64,000 nt of DNA from contig NC_135896.1 of NCBI RefSeq assembly GCF_964194155.1, positions 64,480,001 through 64,544,000 of the forward strand. Direction: 5' to 3'. Origin of the DNA: Cetorhinus maximus (Eukaryota). Positions 1 through 11,704 of this stretch are shown here, piece by piece. A program made the translations under genes and the position numbers. The notes beneath the pieces are model-generated. The model was not told the origin of the DNA, ran no database searches, and saw only the letters and a list, made by a program, of their open reading frames with translations. Each line of letters begins with the position of its first letter. The first letter of the stretch is position 1.

Positions 1-411
1 AGGTGAAGACTGGAATCGCTCATGAGAGGGACAGAGTTTCAATGGGATTGGTTGACTCTCAGTGTTTACTGACGTCTGTGTGGTTAGTTGAGAAATCTAC
101 GGAATCGGTTTTGGTTGTGTCTACCATTTATTGTGCAATGTGGTGTGTTCAACCACAGTTTGCCTGTTAATTCACATGCATCTCATATTAACCCTGAATA
201 TTAGAGTATGAGATAGGTATTGTAACTTGTTCTATCTTTCTGAACTTGTATAGTAAAGTTTATTTTGTTTGTTCAAAACTCGTGGAATCTTGATAAGAGG
301 ATAAAACCACAACTGGCTTGAATCTTAAACTTTGTCTACTTTAAACAAAAAGTTACTGGTCCTGAACCAGATCGTACCAAACATTTGAGGGTCTGGTCCA
401 GGGTCATAACA
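1..411 (+). mobile_element. 3' part of an LTR (probable solo LTR, start outside window)
   Basis: Non-coding GT-rich stretch ending in TCATAACA at 411, the same terminus as the complete solo LTR at 17734-18500; CR1 sequence starts immediately after. Confidence 0.6.
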
Positions 412-750
412 TCTGCATTTTAACTTGATCTACCCGCCTTGGTTTCATAACTCTTAAAACCCTTGCCTAACAAAAATCTATCAATCTCAGATTTGAAATT
501 TTCAGTTGATCTCCAAACTCAACAGGTTTTTGGGGGATAGAGCTCCAGGTTTCCATCACCCTTTATGTGAAAAAGTGTTTTCCTGACATCACCCCTGGAA
601 TCCCCACCAGAGGACAGTTGGCTCTATATGTTCTATCAATTCCTTTAATCATCATAAAAATTTCAGCTAATTGTGATTCTACACTATGCTAAGATCATCC
701 CTTAATCTTCTACACTGAAGGAAACATGTTCTATGCAGCCCATCCTCATA
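412..750 (-). mobile_element. CR1 LINE 3' fragment
   Basis: Shares motifs (ccttgcctaacaaaaatctatcaatctcag, tgtgaaaaagtgttttcctgacatc) with the other CR1 3' ends in the window. Confidence 0.7.
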
Positions 751-1997
751 ACTGATTATTTCTACTGTAAACTCATGTTGGAAAAATTCTAACTACTGGA
801 CAGTTAATTTCTTATAAAGCTCAGGCTCTCCCTCTGCAGGTCTTACAAGGCAACATCACTTCTTTTCACACAGAAATAAAATAATTAAACTTCAAAATCA
901 AGCTATGTCTTGTAGCAACAACGGCAGTTTGCATTCACATAGTGTCATTCACATAGCAAAACGTCTGAAGTATAGTCAGGTAAAATTGGCAAAGGAGGAA
1001 ATGACTAAAAGCTTGGTTGAAGAGGTAGGGTTTAAGTTCGGTCTAAAACGATGAGAGGGGTAAAGAGGCTTAGGGAGAAGGAATCTTCTTCCCATCAACA
1101 AAAAGAAATACCAGTTTCATTAAGAATCTACACGAGTTTTTTTTAAACCTGCTATTCTGACATTTAGTCAGAGATTGGTGTTAATTGTATAAATTAAGGT
1201 TAAGTGTACAGGTGTGGGGGGACACTGAATGGTTATTTGCACACACAGACACACACTTATTGACACTGATGGCTGGTTTTAAAGTTAGGATTTGTAATGT
1301 CTCGCTTTGTGAATAAATCTAAAACTGAGTAAAGATTGACTTCTGGTTTCCTTCACTTTACAGGCTGCAAGTTTAGCAGTTGTACTGTAAAGAATATAGG
1401 AAAATAGCCTCACACCACATCAATGAAAGCAATCCTGCTTCTGCCCCCTAGCATGGCAAAAAAGATAAACACTTCACTGTAGTTGCACCTGTGTTTCACA
1501 GTTCCTCCTTCAATTTTGCAGACCTGGAAGCTCCCCAAAGCACTAGCAGAAAATTGATATGCAGGTGACATGAAAAAGGCAATGCCACAATTTGTCAGTT
1601 AAGAGGTACTTGGGACAAAGACCGAGGCCTTACACAGAAATATGCAACAAAGTATCGAAACAGATCATCACAATCTACACACAAGACAAGGGCCAGGTTA
1701 AAGCATACATTAAATAACTAACAGTGCACAGAGTCCCACCAATTTTACTCTAGCCTGATGGATAAATGCTGGAAGTACTGTGGCTACAAATACTTGCCAC
1801 ACATTCTGGTCCACTGCTGGAATCAAAGGCCAGAACAGGCCTTATGGCTCCCTCTTCTATACTGAGCAATATGCCCATCTAAGCATTTAATTAGCAGTCT
1901 GCTAGGCTCTGGAATTACTTCAGACTATCTTGACATTCCTGCAATTCCATCCATCTAATTCCACAGTAAGATTCCTACCCTCAACTTTAGCCGATAT

Positions 1998-2245
1998 AAG
2001 AATTAGGAACGTAGGCTGCTCGGCCCCTCAAGCCTGCTCCACCATTCAATAAGATCATGGCTGATCTGAATGTAACTTCAACCCCACATTCCTGCCTACC
2101 ACCGTTAACCTTTCACTCACTTGTTAATCAAGAATCTACCTAGCTCTGCCTTAAAAACATTCAAAGACTCTGCTTCCACCGCCTTTTGAGGAAGAAAGTT
2201 CCAAACCCTCAACCCTCAGAAAAAAATTCTCATCTCTGTCTGAAA
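1998..2245 (-). mobile_element. CR1 LINE 3' end
   Basis: cggcccctcaagcctgctccaccattcaataagatcatggctgatc is the reverse complement of the CR1 3' tail seen at 62850-62910. Confidence 0.8.
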
Positions 2246-2704
2246 GTCACTTCATTCAGGCAGGGTACACATATAGCACATAAGAGGTGAAATGAGCCCT
2301 TGCCATTTGCACACATTTTTAAAGGGACCCGTAGAAATGTGTAAAAAAAAGACAAGGGCTCACCAGTGAATTAGATGTTTCACTTGGAAGTGGAGAACAA
2401 CAGAAGTTTCAACATAATTTAGATGATGCACAATTCCTTAAAGTTTTGCAAACCAAAGAAACTCAATATCTAAAGGTCATGGTGGTTAGGTGGATAGTGG
2501 TGGGGGCAGGGAAGTGAGGCGGCAATCTGGCATATTAGCATATAAACAAATCACCAGCTAACAACTAAATGCCCATGTTACACTTCTCGCAGGGTGCATT
2601 ATACAGGGAAAATTAATATATTTGTAATAAATTCAACTGAGTAAGCACTACTCTTAACTTATGTGGCTGTACATCTGCTCTCTTGCCAGTTTAATACACA
2701 AAAT

Positions 2705-2945
2705 AGAATTCAGAATCAGAATCACACAGTGCAGAAGAGGCCCATCGGCCCATCGAGTCTGCACCGACACATGAGAAACACCTGCTCTACCTACCTAATC
2801 CCGTTTACCAGCACTTGGCCCATAGCCTTGAATGTTATGACGTGCCACGTGCTCATCCAGGTACCTATTAGAGGATGTGAGGCAACCCACCTCCACCACC
2901 CTCCCAGGCAGTGCATTCCAGACCGTCACCACCCTTTGGTAAATT
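2705..2945 (-). mobile_element. CR1 LINE 3' end (different subfamily)
   Basis: agaatcacacagtgcagaagaggcccatcggcccatcgagtctgc tail, followed by the conserved ttccagaccgtcaccaccct block. Confidence 0.7.
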
Positions 2946-2952
2946 TAAATTA

Positions 2953-3135
<183 letters not shown>

Positions 3136-4601
3136 TTAAAAATTGAATGTTTCAGGCACTTCGGAACAAATCATACTGCTTGATGTGAATGTTCAATTCA
3201 GCTCCCCAAAAAGTGAATCAAGAGGTCAACACCAAAATAAGAAAACGATTAACAAACTTAGAAAAACAAAAATACTAGGACTTAAAAAGAGAATCTCTAA
3301 GCTCCAAATAATGTTTAATGCACAAAAACACTTCTAAGCCCCGTCATAATATTCTATTTTATTTAGGGTGTGGATGACAATTTCTCATTTACTCATCAGT
3401 CAGAGCTTTGGAAAGATTGACTGATATTGGCTTGTTACCAACATTTGAAGGTTGCCTGCTTCTTACTAAAAAATGCATGGGAATTGCTGTTGATTTTATA
3501 CTATTTGTAACAGTATCATTATTTAACAAAAAGATAATATTTCCTGCCCAGGTGGCAGGAAAAAAAAATACAAACTTAGTCTCAAAACGTTCAGCTAATA
3601 TATTCTGGTGGTGGCAGAAGAAAGTCAGAAAGCTCTTCAGAGCAAGCAAATAGGGACAGTCGGAAATATATCTATTTCGAATCCTTGCATTTGAAGCCCA
3701 AATGAATGTGTGCTACACATCTTCAAAACTATTATGCTTGATGATAACTTGAATCCAAGTTTTTCTTTAAAATATATGCTTCTGCACTTAGGCTTTTATA
3801 ATGCTGGTTATGATGAGGGTTACAGAGGAGCCATTTTCTACTGGTCCCCCATCTCCACGCCACCCCAAAATTCTTACCAAAGTATGCTCCTTTCCTCTCC
3901 TGCACTGAACAACTGTCCATCGTCGCTGATTCCCATCTCCAACTCATTTCATTTTGCACACTCTTGATTTTGTTGTCCTCCTGTTCCCTCCAACCCTCTC
4001 CATAATACGCGTCCCTAGCCATAGATCTACCCTTTCAACCATGGCATCTCACATGGACTCTTTACTTCAGTGGTACTGATCACAGACAAACCTATCAGTC
4101 TTGTATCTCTTACCACACACATCTCAGCACCTTCCAACCACTCTACTTTGTGTGTATGCCCTTGCAAAATAACTCTCCACCATGTCATTTACAGTTGCAA
4201 TTTAAAAGTTCCAACTGCTTATCCTCTGACTTCTATTTGCCACAGCACTTTTATAGCAGTCAATCTGCTCAACTAGTCCCTGACCTGCACCTTTGAAGCC
4301 TTTGTCCCAAGTAAATTTTTTATTCTCTCCCGTCCTTGTGATTCCCTCTGATATTAGTAACATAGGAGTATTTAACCTCAATAGCCTGTTTCACTATTCA
4401 ATGGCTTAATTCCATTCACCTGCCCTGGTTCCACATACCTTAATCTCCTTAACAAAAATCTATCAATTTCAGTTTTGTAATTTTCAATTGGTCTATCCTC
4501 AAGCTTTTTGGCGGAAGAGATTTTCAGACTTCTACCATCCTGTGTGTGAAGAAGTGCTTTCTAATAATATCCCTAAACGGTCTATCTCTAATTTTAAGGT
4601 T

Positions 4602-6984
4602 TACAAATAGTCGTTTGGTAGTACAGAATTTGAGTATTGCTGAAAAAAAAGACATTTTGTCAATGCTTTTCGTCTTGCACTCATAAGGACAATTCGCGAG
4701 AAAATACCAATGTCAGGGGAAACAACATATTTATACTGCATGAGAAGAGAGTGTTGATTGGTTGCCAAGTGGAGCCTGATTGGTAGAGGCGTTGCCATGG
4801 AGAATGCATTCACATATTGTGGGATTCTGAACGACCTGATTTTCACATGCAACGCGAATGTCTTACAGTGTTGCGAGGCCTTAAGACCAACCCGGACGTA
4901 CACATCATTAAACCTGACAAAGGGATAGGAAGAGTCATCCTTAACAAGCGTGACGATATTAACAAAATGCACACCATTCTTAATGACAGGTCCAAATCTG
5001 TATCCATTGGACCTGCTGCTCAACATGAACGGAGAGCCTTGCTCAAAAGTAAGCTAAAATAACACTTGGGCTAGTGTAAGAGCAATGAGCTGCTGTGTGA
5101 CATATATGACAGGGCCAGTGAAGCCCACATCCCATGAATGAATAAAATAAAAGTTCATCCTCACAGCTTGTTACGCCCACATATTTATAGGCTGCCCAAA
5201 ACACACAAAAGTGATGTCCCTTATCTATGACCAGTTCTGCACAGCATGAATTGGCCAAATGGTTGGGTGAATTGTTACAACCAGTTTTGAGCAAGTTTTC
5301 TGCATACACAGTGAAGGAGTCCTTCACATTTATGAAGACCATGCAGGATTTGCATATCACGGATTTGCATATCAAAAGCAATGCTGTGTCCATGTGATCA
5401 TTTGACAATGTTAGCCTATTCGCCAATGTTCCACTTAAGGAAGCCATAGATATTTGCACTGCAGCACGATATCATGGTGATCTAGACCCACTACCACTGC
5501 GTGAATCAGTATTCACTGAGCTTATGAACTTGGCAACTCGCGCAGTTGAGTTCAGCTTTGTTGACACCGTGTATGCCCAAATAGATGGCGTTACCATGGG
5601 ATGCACTCTAGGCCCAGCTCTCGCAAACATCTTTGTTGGGTTCCATCAGAAAGGTGTCTTTGATGGAACGACACCCAACCTCCCCCTGATATGTGGGCAA
5701 TGCATTTGCTATATTTAAATCTGCAGCTGCATGTAATAATTTCCTTACATGTCTTAATGGGCTCCATTCTGCGCTCAAATTCACCTTTGAAATGGGGCAG
5801 TCAAATGAACTCCCTTTCCTTGACATACTAGTTGAGAAATCAGCCAGGGGATCCTCTACCACAGTCAACCGCAAGCCTACCCTCACTGAACAATACATGC
5901 GTTGGGATTCTTATAGTTCCACGCACTGTAAGGTTGGTCTCATTGGCAATCTCGTAAATGCGGCCCAAGCCATTTGCTCACCATGCAAACTTGACGCTGA
6001 TATAAGGCACATCAAAGACATCTTGTTGGATAATAGTTACCCTGATCAGATCATTTTACACTGTATATTGCGCACACTCATGAATGGGCCCAAGGCCGTC
6101 ACTTTCGGCCCTGAAAAGTGCCCAGTCTATCTCACCTCACACACCCCAACCCCCCGCCACCCCCACCAGGGTAATCTATCTCAAAAATTTGAGCAACAGG
6201 TGAAGTTAGCTGGTTCACGCTGGTACTATGCAGTGGCAACGAGTGGCATTTACCATTAACAGGATGCTGCCATCAAGCCAAAAAGACATTCTGCCTATCA
6301 CACAAATGAGTAATGTGGTGGATGAATTCCAGTGCCAGTCTGATGCTAGGTATGTAGGCTGTATGCCCCAAAGGCTGGCAGATCGTATCAAACAGCATAT
6401 CCCTTCCTCTGTTCGCAAAGAGCAAGGTACAGACTGTACCCAGCCAGCTGTGCTCGCAAAAATCAAAACGGTGTCCAACATTAGATGTGATTCCACAATT
6501 GGACAATATTTGCTAAGTAATCCTCAATGTTCTAAGAATTACGCTGACAATCAATTTAAGATTGTCAGTCAGCTCGCAGTGTGGTGTATTTGCGTGTACT
6601 GGAAGCTACATATATTAACACACAGGGCCCTGTTCTTTACAGACAGAAATAACATGTACACACATCGCGCCTGTTTCAGCTAAACAAAATAAGTGACAGC
6701 CATTCTCTGGTTCATCCCCCTGGGCAATGTGTTGACCAATAAGAGTCAAGCTGCTTGGTTTAAATTTCAAATGATGCGTGACAGTTAACTGTCTGCACCA
6801 GTTGGTGGTGACTTTCTCCATGGCAGCCCTTCTACCAGAGTCTACTTGCCAACCAATCAGCACTCTTTTCTCATACAGTATAAACATATCGTTTCCCCTG
6901 ACATTAGTATTTACTTGCAAATTGTCCTGATGTGTGCAAAGTGAAAAGCTTCAAAAATACACCATTTCTTTTTCAGCAATACTC
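4602..6984 (+). mobile_element. Decayed Penelope-like retroelement (RT + GIY-YIG) with inverted 5' terminal repeat
   Basis: Frameshifted ORFs give HIIKPDKG, QIDGVTMGCTLGPALANIFVG, LPFLDILV..RKPT and NVVDEFQCQSDARYVG..RLADRIKQH. 4602-4810 is the reverse complement of ~6810-6984. Flanked by a 12-bp duplication AATTTTAAGGTT (4590-4601, 6985-6996) inside a CR1 fragment. Confidence 0.92.
4657..4692 (-). ncRNA. Degenerate minimal type I hammerhead ribozyme in the Penelope terminal repeat
   Basis: Minus strand reads TTGTC-CTTATGA-GTGCAAGAC-GAAA-AGCA-TT-GACAA: stem I TTGTC/GACAA, core CUGAUGA mutated to CUUAUGA, GAAA intact. Sister copies at 6922-6957 and 11638-11665. Confidence 0.75.
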
Positions 6985-7149
6985 AATTTTAAGGTTATGC
7001 CGTCTTGTTCAGGGCTCCCCCACCAGGAGAAACAGTTTCTTCTACCTAATCAAATTATCAAATCCTTTCATCATGTTAAACACCTCAATTATATCACTCC
7101 TTAATCTTGCATATATTTCCCCCTGAAGTCCAAAGGGTGCAGACCTGAA

Positions 7150-7720
7150 CATATCTGGCATACAATAATTTAGCCATCCATCACTGAATCTGGCTGGACT
7201 ACCATCTATCATTCATCACTTTCCTTTGCCAAAAAAAAAGCAACTATTCTAGGATCATCCTGGAACGTAAAGATAAATATTGGTGCCTTTTCTCCACTAC
7301 CAACCATCTTCAAGCCCCTTCCCCTCTAACAAGGAGTTCATGACTTCTTTATTGCTATGATGGAAACCATCCCTTTAGCTGTCTCTCCTGCTTCCCCCCT
7401 TTCCTCACCCACCAAGTCAACCATCCCAAGAGGCTGCCTCCTACACAATCCTGGGTCCCCCACTAATGTCTCTCCTATATTTCTTCATGCCCTCTCCACA
7501 TACATCTTGTCCATGACAGATACATCCTGCTCCTTTGACCACATTCCCACTAAATTGCTGATGATCCAAAATCCTTTTTGATCCCTAGGCTAGTCAATAT
7601 TGTGAACTGTTACCACTCCATAGGTACTGCCCCCTCCCTTTCAAAACAAAACCTCATCCTCAGCCCTTGTCCTTGCAAATCATTTCCAACCTCCTCGAAT
7701 ATGTGGTTGCCTCCCAAATC
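7150..7720 (+). mobile_element. L2 LINE fragment
   Basis: Pyrimidine-rich, with SCSFDHIPTKLL typical of the L2 pre-RT region. Confidence 0.6.
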
Positions 7721-8189
7721 AGTTTTCAATATTCTTGTGGGTGATAATTAGAAATACACTGTTTAGAACTAAAGTATACATTAGAGCAGTATTTGCTGAT
7801 GCACAGAGCTGGAAGTATCTGCTAAACAGAGTTGCAATGGGAATTTGCTGAAAGTGAGAATTTGGTGCGGGGGGGTGGGGGAAAGGTGCTAAGTCATTCA
7901 AACCAAGGGTCAACACTAAATATGTAAATAATCAGAGTAATTAATAGGATCTAAAGGGATAAAATCCAACAGGGTAAGAAGTGGCAGGCAGTGAGGTAAT
8001 CCTCAGGAATATGCCACTCTAGAAATTGCAGTCCCGAGAGAATCCACAACACGACAGGGCAAATGGCTTGCGCAAGATAGCACAACCAGAAGGGACTTAC
8101 TCGAGGTAGACAGGTTTCATCTTAACAGAGCTGGAACCAAGGTCCCTTTGGTAGAAAAGATTTGTGAGTCCCACAACAACCTAACCATA

Positions 8190-8780
8190 ATAGCACCTGT
8201 AACACAATAAAACACTCCAAGGCCCTTCACTGGAGCATTATAAAACAAATTATAAAACCTAGCCACATAAAATGATATTGAAATAGATGACCAAAAGCTT
8301 GGTCATAGAAGTAAGTTTTAAAGGGTGCCTTAAAGGAAGAAAGCAAGATGGAGAGGCAGGGAGACTATTCCAGAGCTTGGGGCCTACGCAACTGAAGGCA
8401 CCAATGTTGAAGTGATTAAAATCTGGGAAATATAAGAGGCCAGAATTAGAGGATATCTCGGAGGATTGTATGGCTGAAGAAAATTAAAGAGATAGGGAGG
8501 GGCGAGGCCAGAGGATCTGAAACAAGGGTGGGAATTTTATAATTAAGATGTCGCTTGACTGGGAGCAAATGTAGGTCAGTGAGCACAAGGGTGATAAGTG
8601 AACACGACTTGATATGAGTTAACACACAGACAAGAGTTTTGTATTACCTCAAGTTTACGGAGAGTAAAATGTGGGAGACCAGCTAGGGGTACATTGGAAT
8701 AGTCAAGTCTAGAGGTAACAAAGAAATGAATGACGGTTTCAGCAGGAGATGAGCTGAGATGGGGGTGAAGTCTGAAACAC
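8190..8780 (-). mobile_element. L2 LINE 3' fragment
   Basis: ORF 8576-8782: AETVIHFFVTSRLDYSNVPLAGLP..LRKLEVIQNS, the L2 RT C-terminal signature. Confidence 0.85.
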
Positions 8781-8789
8781 AAGCTGCCA

Positions 8790-9760
8790 TATGGGACTAT
8801 GACATAATGTCAATAACAGACACCTAACTCAAAGAGGAGAAGGATTGGGAACTTAATATTCCTTGGTACAAAGTATTCAGTAAAGATAGAAAGGGAAATG
8901 AGGAGGCAAGGTGGCAGTATTGATCAAAGAAACTATTATACCATTGGAGAGTGATGAAGCTATAGAAACAGAATCTATTCAGTTAGAATTAACGACTAGA
9001 GTAGATATTACGTTACTGGGTGTATACTATAGGTCAGAGATGCAGAGGTGGTACAGGAACAAAGCTGCAAGCAAATTACAGAAAAATAGAAGAAAACAGT
9101 AGTAATAATGGGGGATTTCAATTATCCAATATATAGACTGGGAAAGCAATAATGTAAAGGGCAAAGGTGGAAAGGGATTCCTGAAATGTATACAAGATGT
9201 TTGCTGATTAATGTTTTTCTAATCAGTAAGTGCTGGATCTCGTTCTGGGGAATGAATTGGGGCAAATGGAGCATGTTTCAATTGACCGAATTTGGGGAAC
9301 AGTGGTTTCTCTCATTCTATGGGTAAGGCGGTTTCTTCCGAATTCCCTATTGGATTTATATTGATGGCCTTTTGTTATGCTCTTCTTCAGAAGAGAGGGC
9401 ATTCTCTCAGTATCTATCAAAACCTTTCATAATTTTGTAGCCTTCATTAGCTCACCCTTCAGCTGTCTTTTTCTCAAGAAAAGGGATCCAGCCTGTCAAT
9501 TCTTTCCTGCTATGTATACCCACGTATTTCTGGTATCATCCTTGTAACTCTTCTTTGCATCTTTTCCAGTGCCTCAAAGTTCTCTAATAGCAATCAGAAC
9601 TGCATGCATTACTCTGAAGGTGTGGTCTAACAAAGGTCCAATAGAGGTTTAGCAGAACTTCCCTACTTTACAATTCTATTCCTCTAGAAATAAAACTTAG
9701 TGCTTGTTTTTTTTTTATGGCCTTGCTAACCTGTGGTGCAACATTTAGCGATTGGTGGTG
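8790..9760. mobile_element. CR1 fragments: APE endonuclease (+, ~8790-9310) and RT 3' part (-, ~9310-9760)
   Basis: VAVLIKE..TLLGVYYR and atgggggatttcaattatcc (MGDFNYP) on +; conserved CR1 3' RT sequence on -. Confidence 0.75.
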
Positions 9761-11117
9761 TTCTATAATTCAAACTCTATGTTTAAATCTCTCCAATCAA
9801 GTTTCTGCCCTTGCTACAAAGCTGGAACCATCCTAATTAGGCATAGGTAAAATTCTCTGTGACTGTGATGCATTTTCTCTCTTTATTCTCCTCTACCTCT
9901 CTGCAGTCTTTGACGTGATTGACTACACGATCTTTCCTTTCATTTTCCAGCTCAGTTAAATTACCCTACTGCTCTTAGGCATCCAAATTTCTCTCATTGC
10001 CTTTTTTTTTTTCCATTCTTCTTTATTAATCCTTCATCTCTTCTCTATCCCTGATGTGCACCCCTTAGATTTCCATTTCCATTTCTTTGCATCACCCTCC
10101 TCTTCGATGTCTTCCATTCATTACTGTTTAGTCTTCCTGAAGGACCACTTTTAATACCCAACACACATGAAAATTTTGTATTAAATGAAACAGAATTTAA
10201 GGGAATTGTTCATGCATTAAGAGGGAAATGCCACGAAATATACTGAACAATGGACACAGAAGATTTTTGTTTTTATTTATCTGGATATTCCTGACTGTTC
10301 ACATTCTTCCTGGGGTCAGGAGATGCAGCAGCAAAGCGCTTCCTGTTCTTGACATCACAATGGCAGAACTTTGTCTGACAACATGGTCAATATACATTCA
10401 CATTCTGTTCAGCAATGAAAAACAGGCCCTGTAATGCAGCTAGTTTTACAGTTATCCTGACTGCATATCCAGTGACAATGTGTACAGACAAATCACTCTC
10501 CCAAGATCCAGGCTTTAAAGAATCATGTACTAAACATTAACTCAGTAGCAAGAGCAGAGATGAACCGGGTGTGAAAATAAAGCAAATAAAACTGCAGTGA
10601 GCAAAGCGAGAGAAAACAGCAAACTTAACAATATGAACCATACTTTTGCTCTGTGAACACACCAAGGAAAGTAAGTGTGTGCTGTAAAGGTAAGCACAAT
10701 CATAAGGCAAGGCCAGGACTTTAATTTCAATTTTTTTTCTTTAGAAATAGGCGTGGCTGTACAGCAAAACATTTTGCATGAAAATATTAATGCAAATAGC
10801 CATGCCCTCAATGGATTTGTTTTTCACTAGTAAGAATGAGCCTACAACATACCTCAATATCCATAAAAGAATTTACTGCAAGGAAAAGAATTAAAAATTT
10901 CAGAAAGGCAAGGCCAGTAGTTAGGTTTAATCCAAAAGAGGGCATGTTCTTAAAATTAAAACATCTGAAATTTTAAAAATGCAACCTCATTTATGCTGGA
11001 ACGGAAAATTAATGCCAGAGGTCTCCATACAAAAATATACAATACATATTTTTTGCATCAACAGTGTGACTTCAAAGCATGAATTTTAAAATTTAAATTT
11101 TTTAAAAAAAATTAAGC

Positions 11118-11704
11118 ATGTCCCTTCCGCTGTTCGCAACGGGCAAGGTACAGACCATACCCAACCATTCGTGCTTGCAAAACTCAAAACACAGTGTCCA
11201 ACATTAGATGTGATTCCATGACTGGACAATATTTGCTAAGTAATCTTTAGTGTGCTAAGAATTACGCTGACAACAAATTTAAGATCGTCATTCGAGCTCA
11301 TTGTGGCGCATTTGTATGGAATTCCAGTGCGTACTGGAAGCTACATATGTTAATGCACAAGGCCCTGTTTTTTTGCAGACAGAAAGAACATGTACAAACA
11401 TAATGCCTTTTTCAGCTAAACAAAATAAGTGATAGCCATGCCTCAGGGCAATGCCTTGACCAATCAGGGTCAAGCTGTCTGGTTTAAATTTCAAAATACT
11501 TGTCAGTTAACTGTCAACATTAACTGGTGCATTCTCCATGGCAACACCTCTACCAATCACAGTTCACATGCCAACCAATCAGCACACTCTTCACATACAG
11601 TATAAAATTGCTTTCCGTGACATTGGTATTCTTGCAATTGTCCTGATGAGTGCAGGGTGAAAAGTATTTTCAGCAATACTCAAGTTCTGTACTACCAAAC
11701 GACT
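11118..11704 (+). mobile_element. 5'-truncated Penelope-like element, same family as 4602-6984
   Basis: Collinear with 6398-6984 and extends to ..tactaccaaacgact; 13-bp duplication AAAAAAATTAAGC at 11105-11117 and 11705-11717; intact CTGATGAG..GAAA core at 11643-11662. Confidence 0.92.

Noticed and set aside
3389-3653. Overlapping 81-86 aa ORFs near exon 7, considered as a mutually exclusive exon
   Set aside because: No similarity to Sec23 and no convincing splice-site pair.
4817-6683. Active or domesticated Penelope protein
   Set aside because: Split over several frames with stops and a nested insertion.
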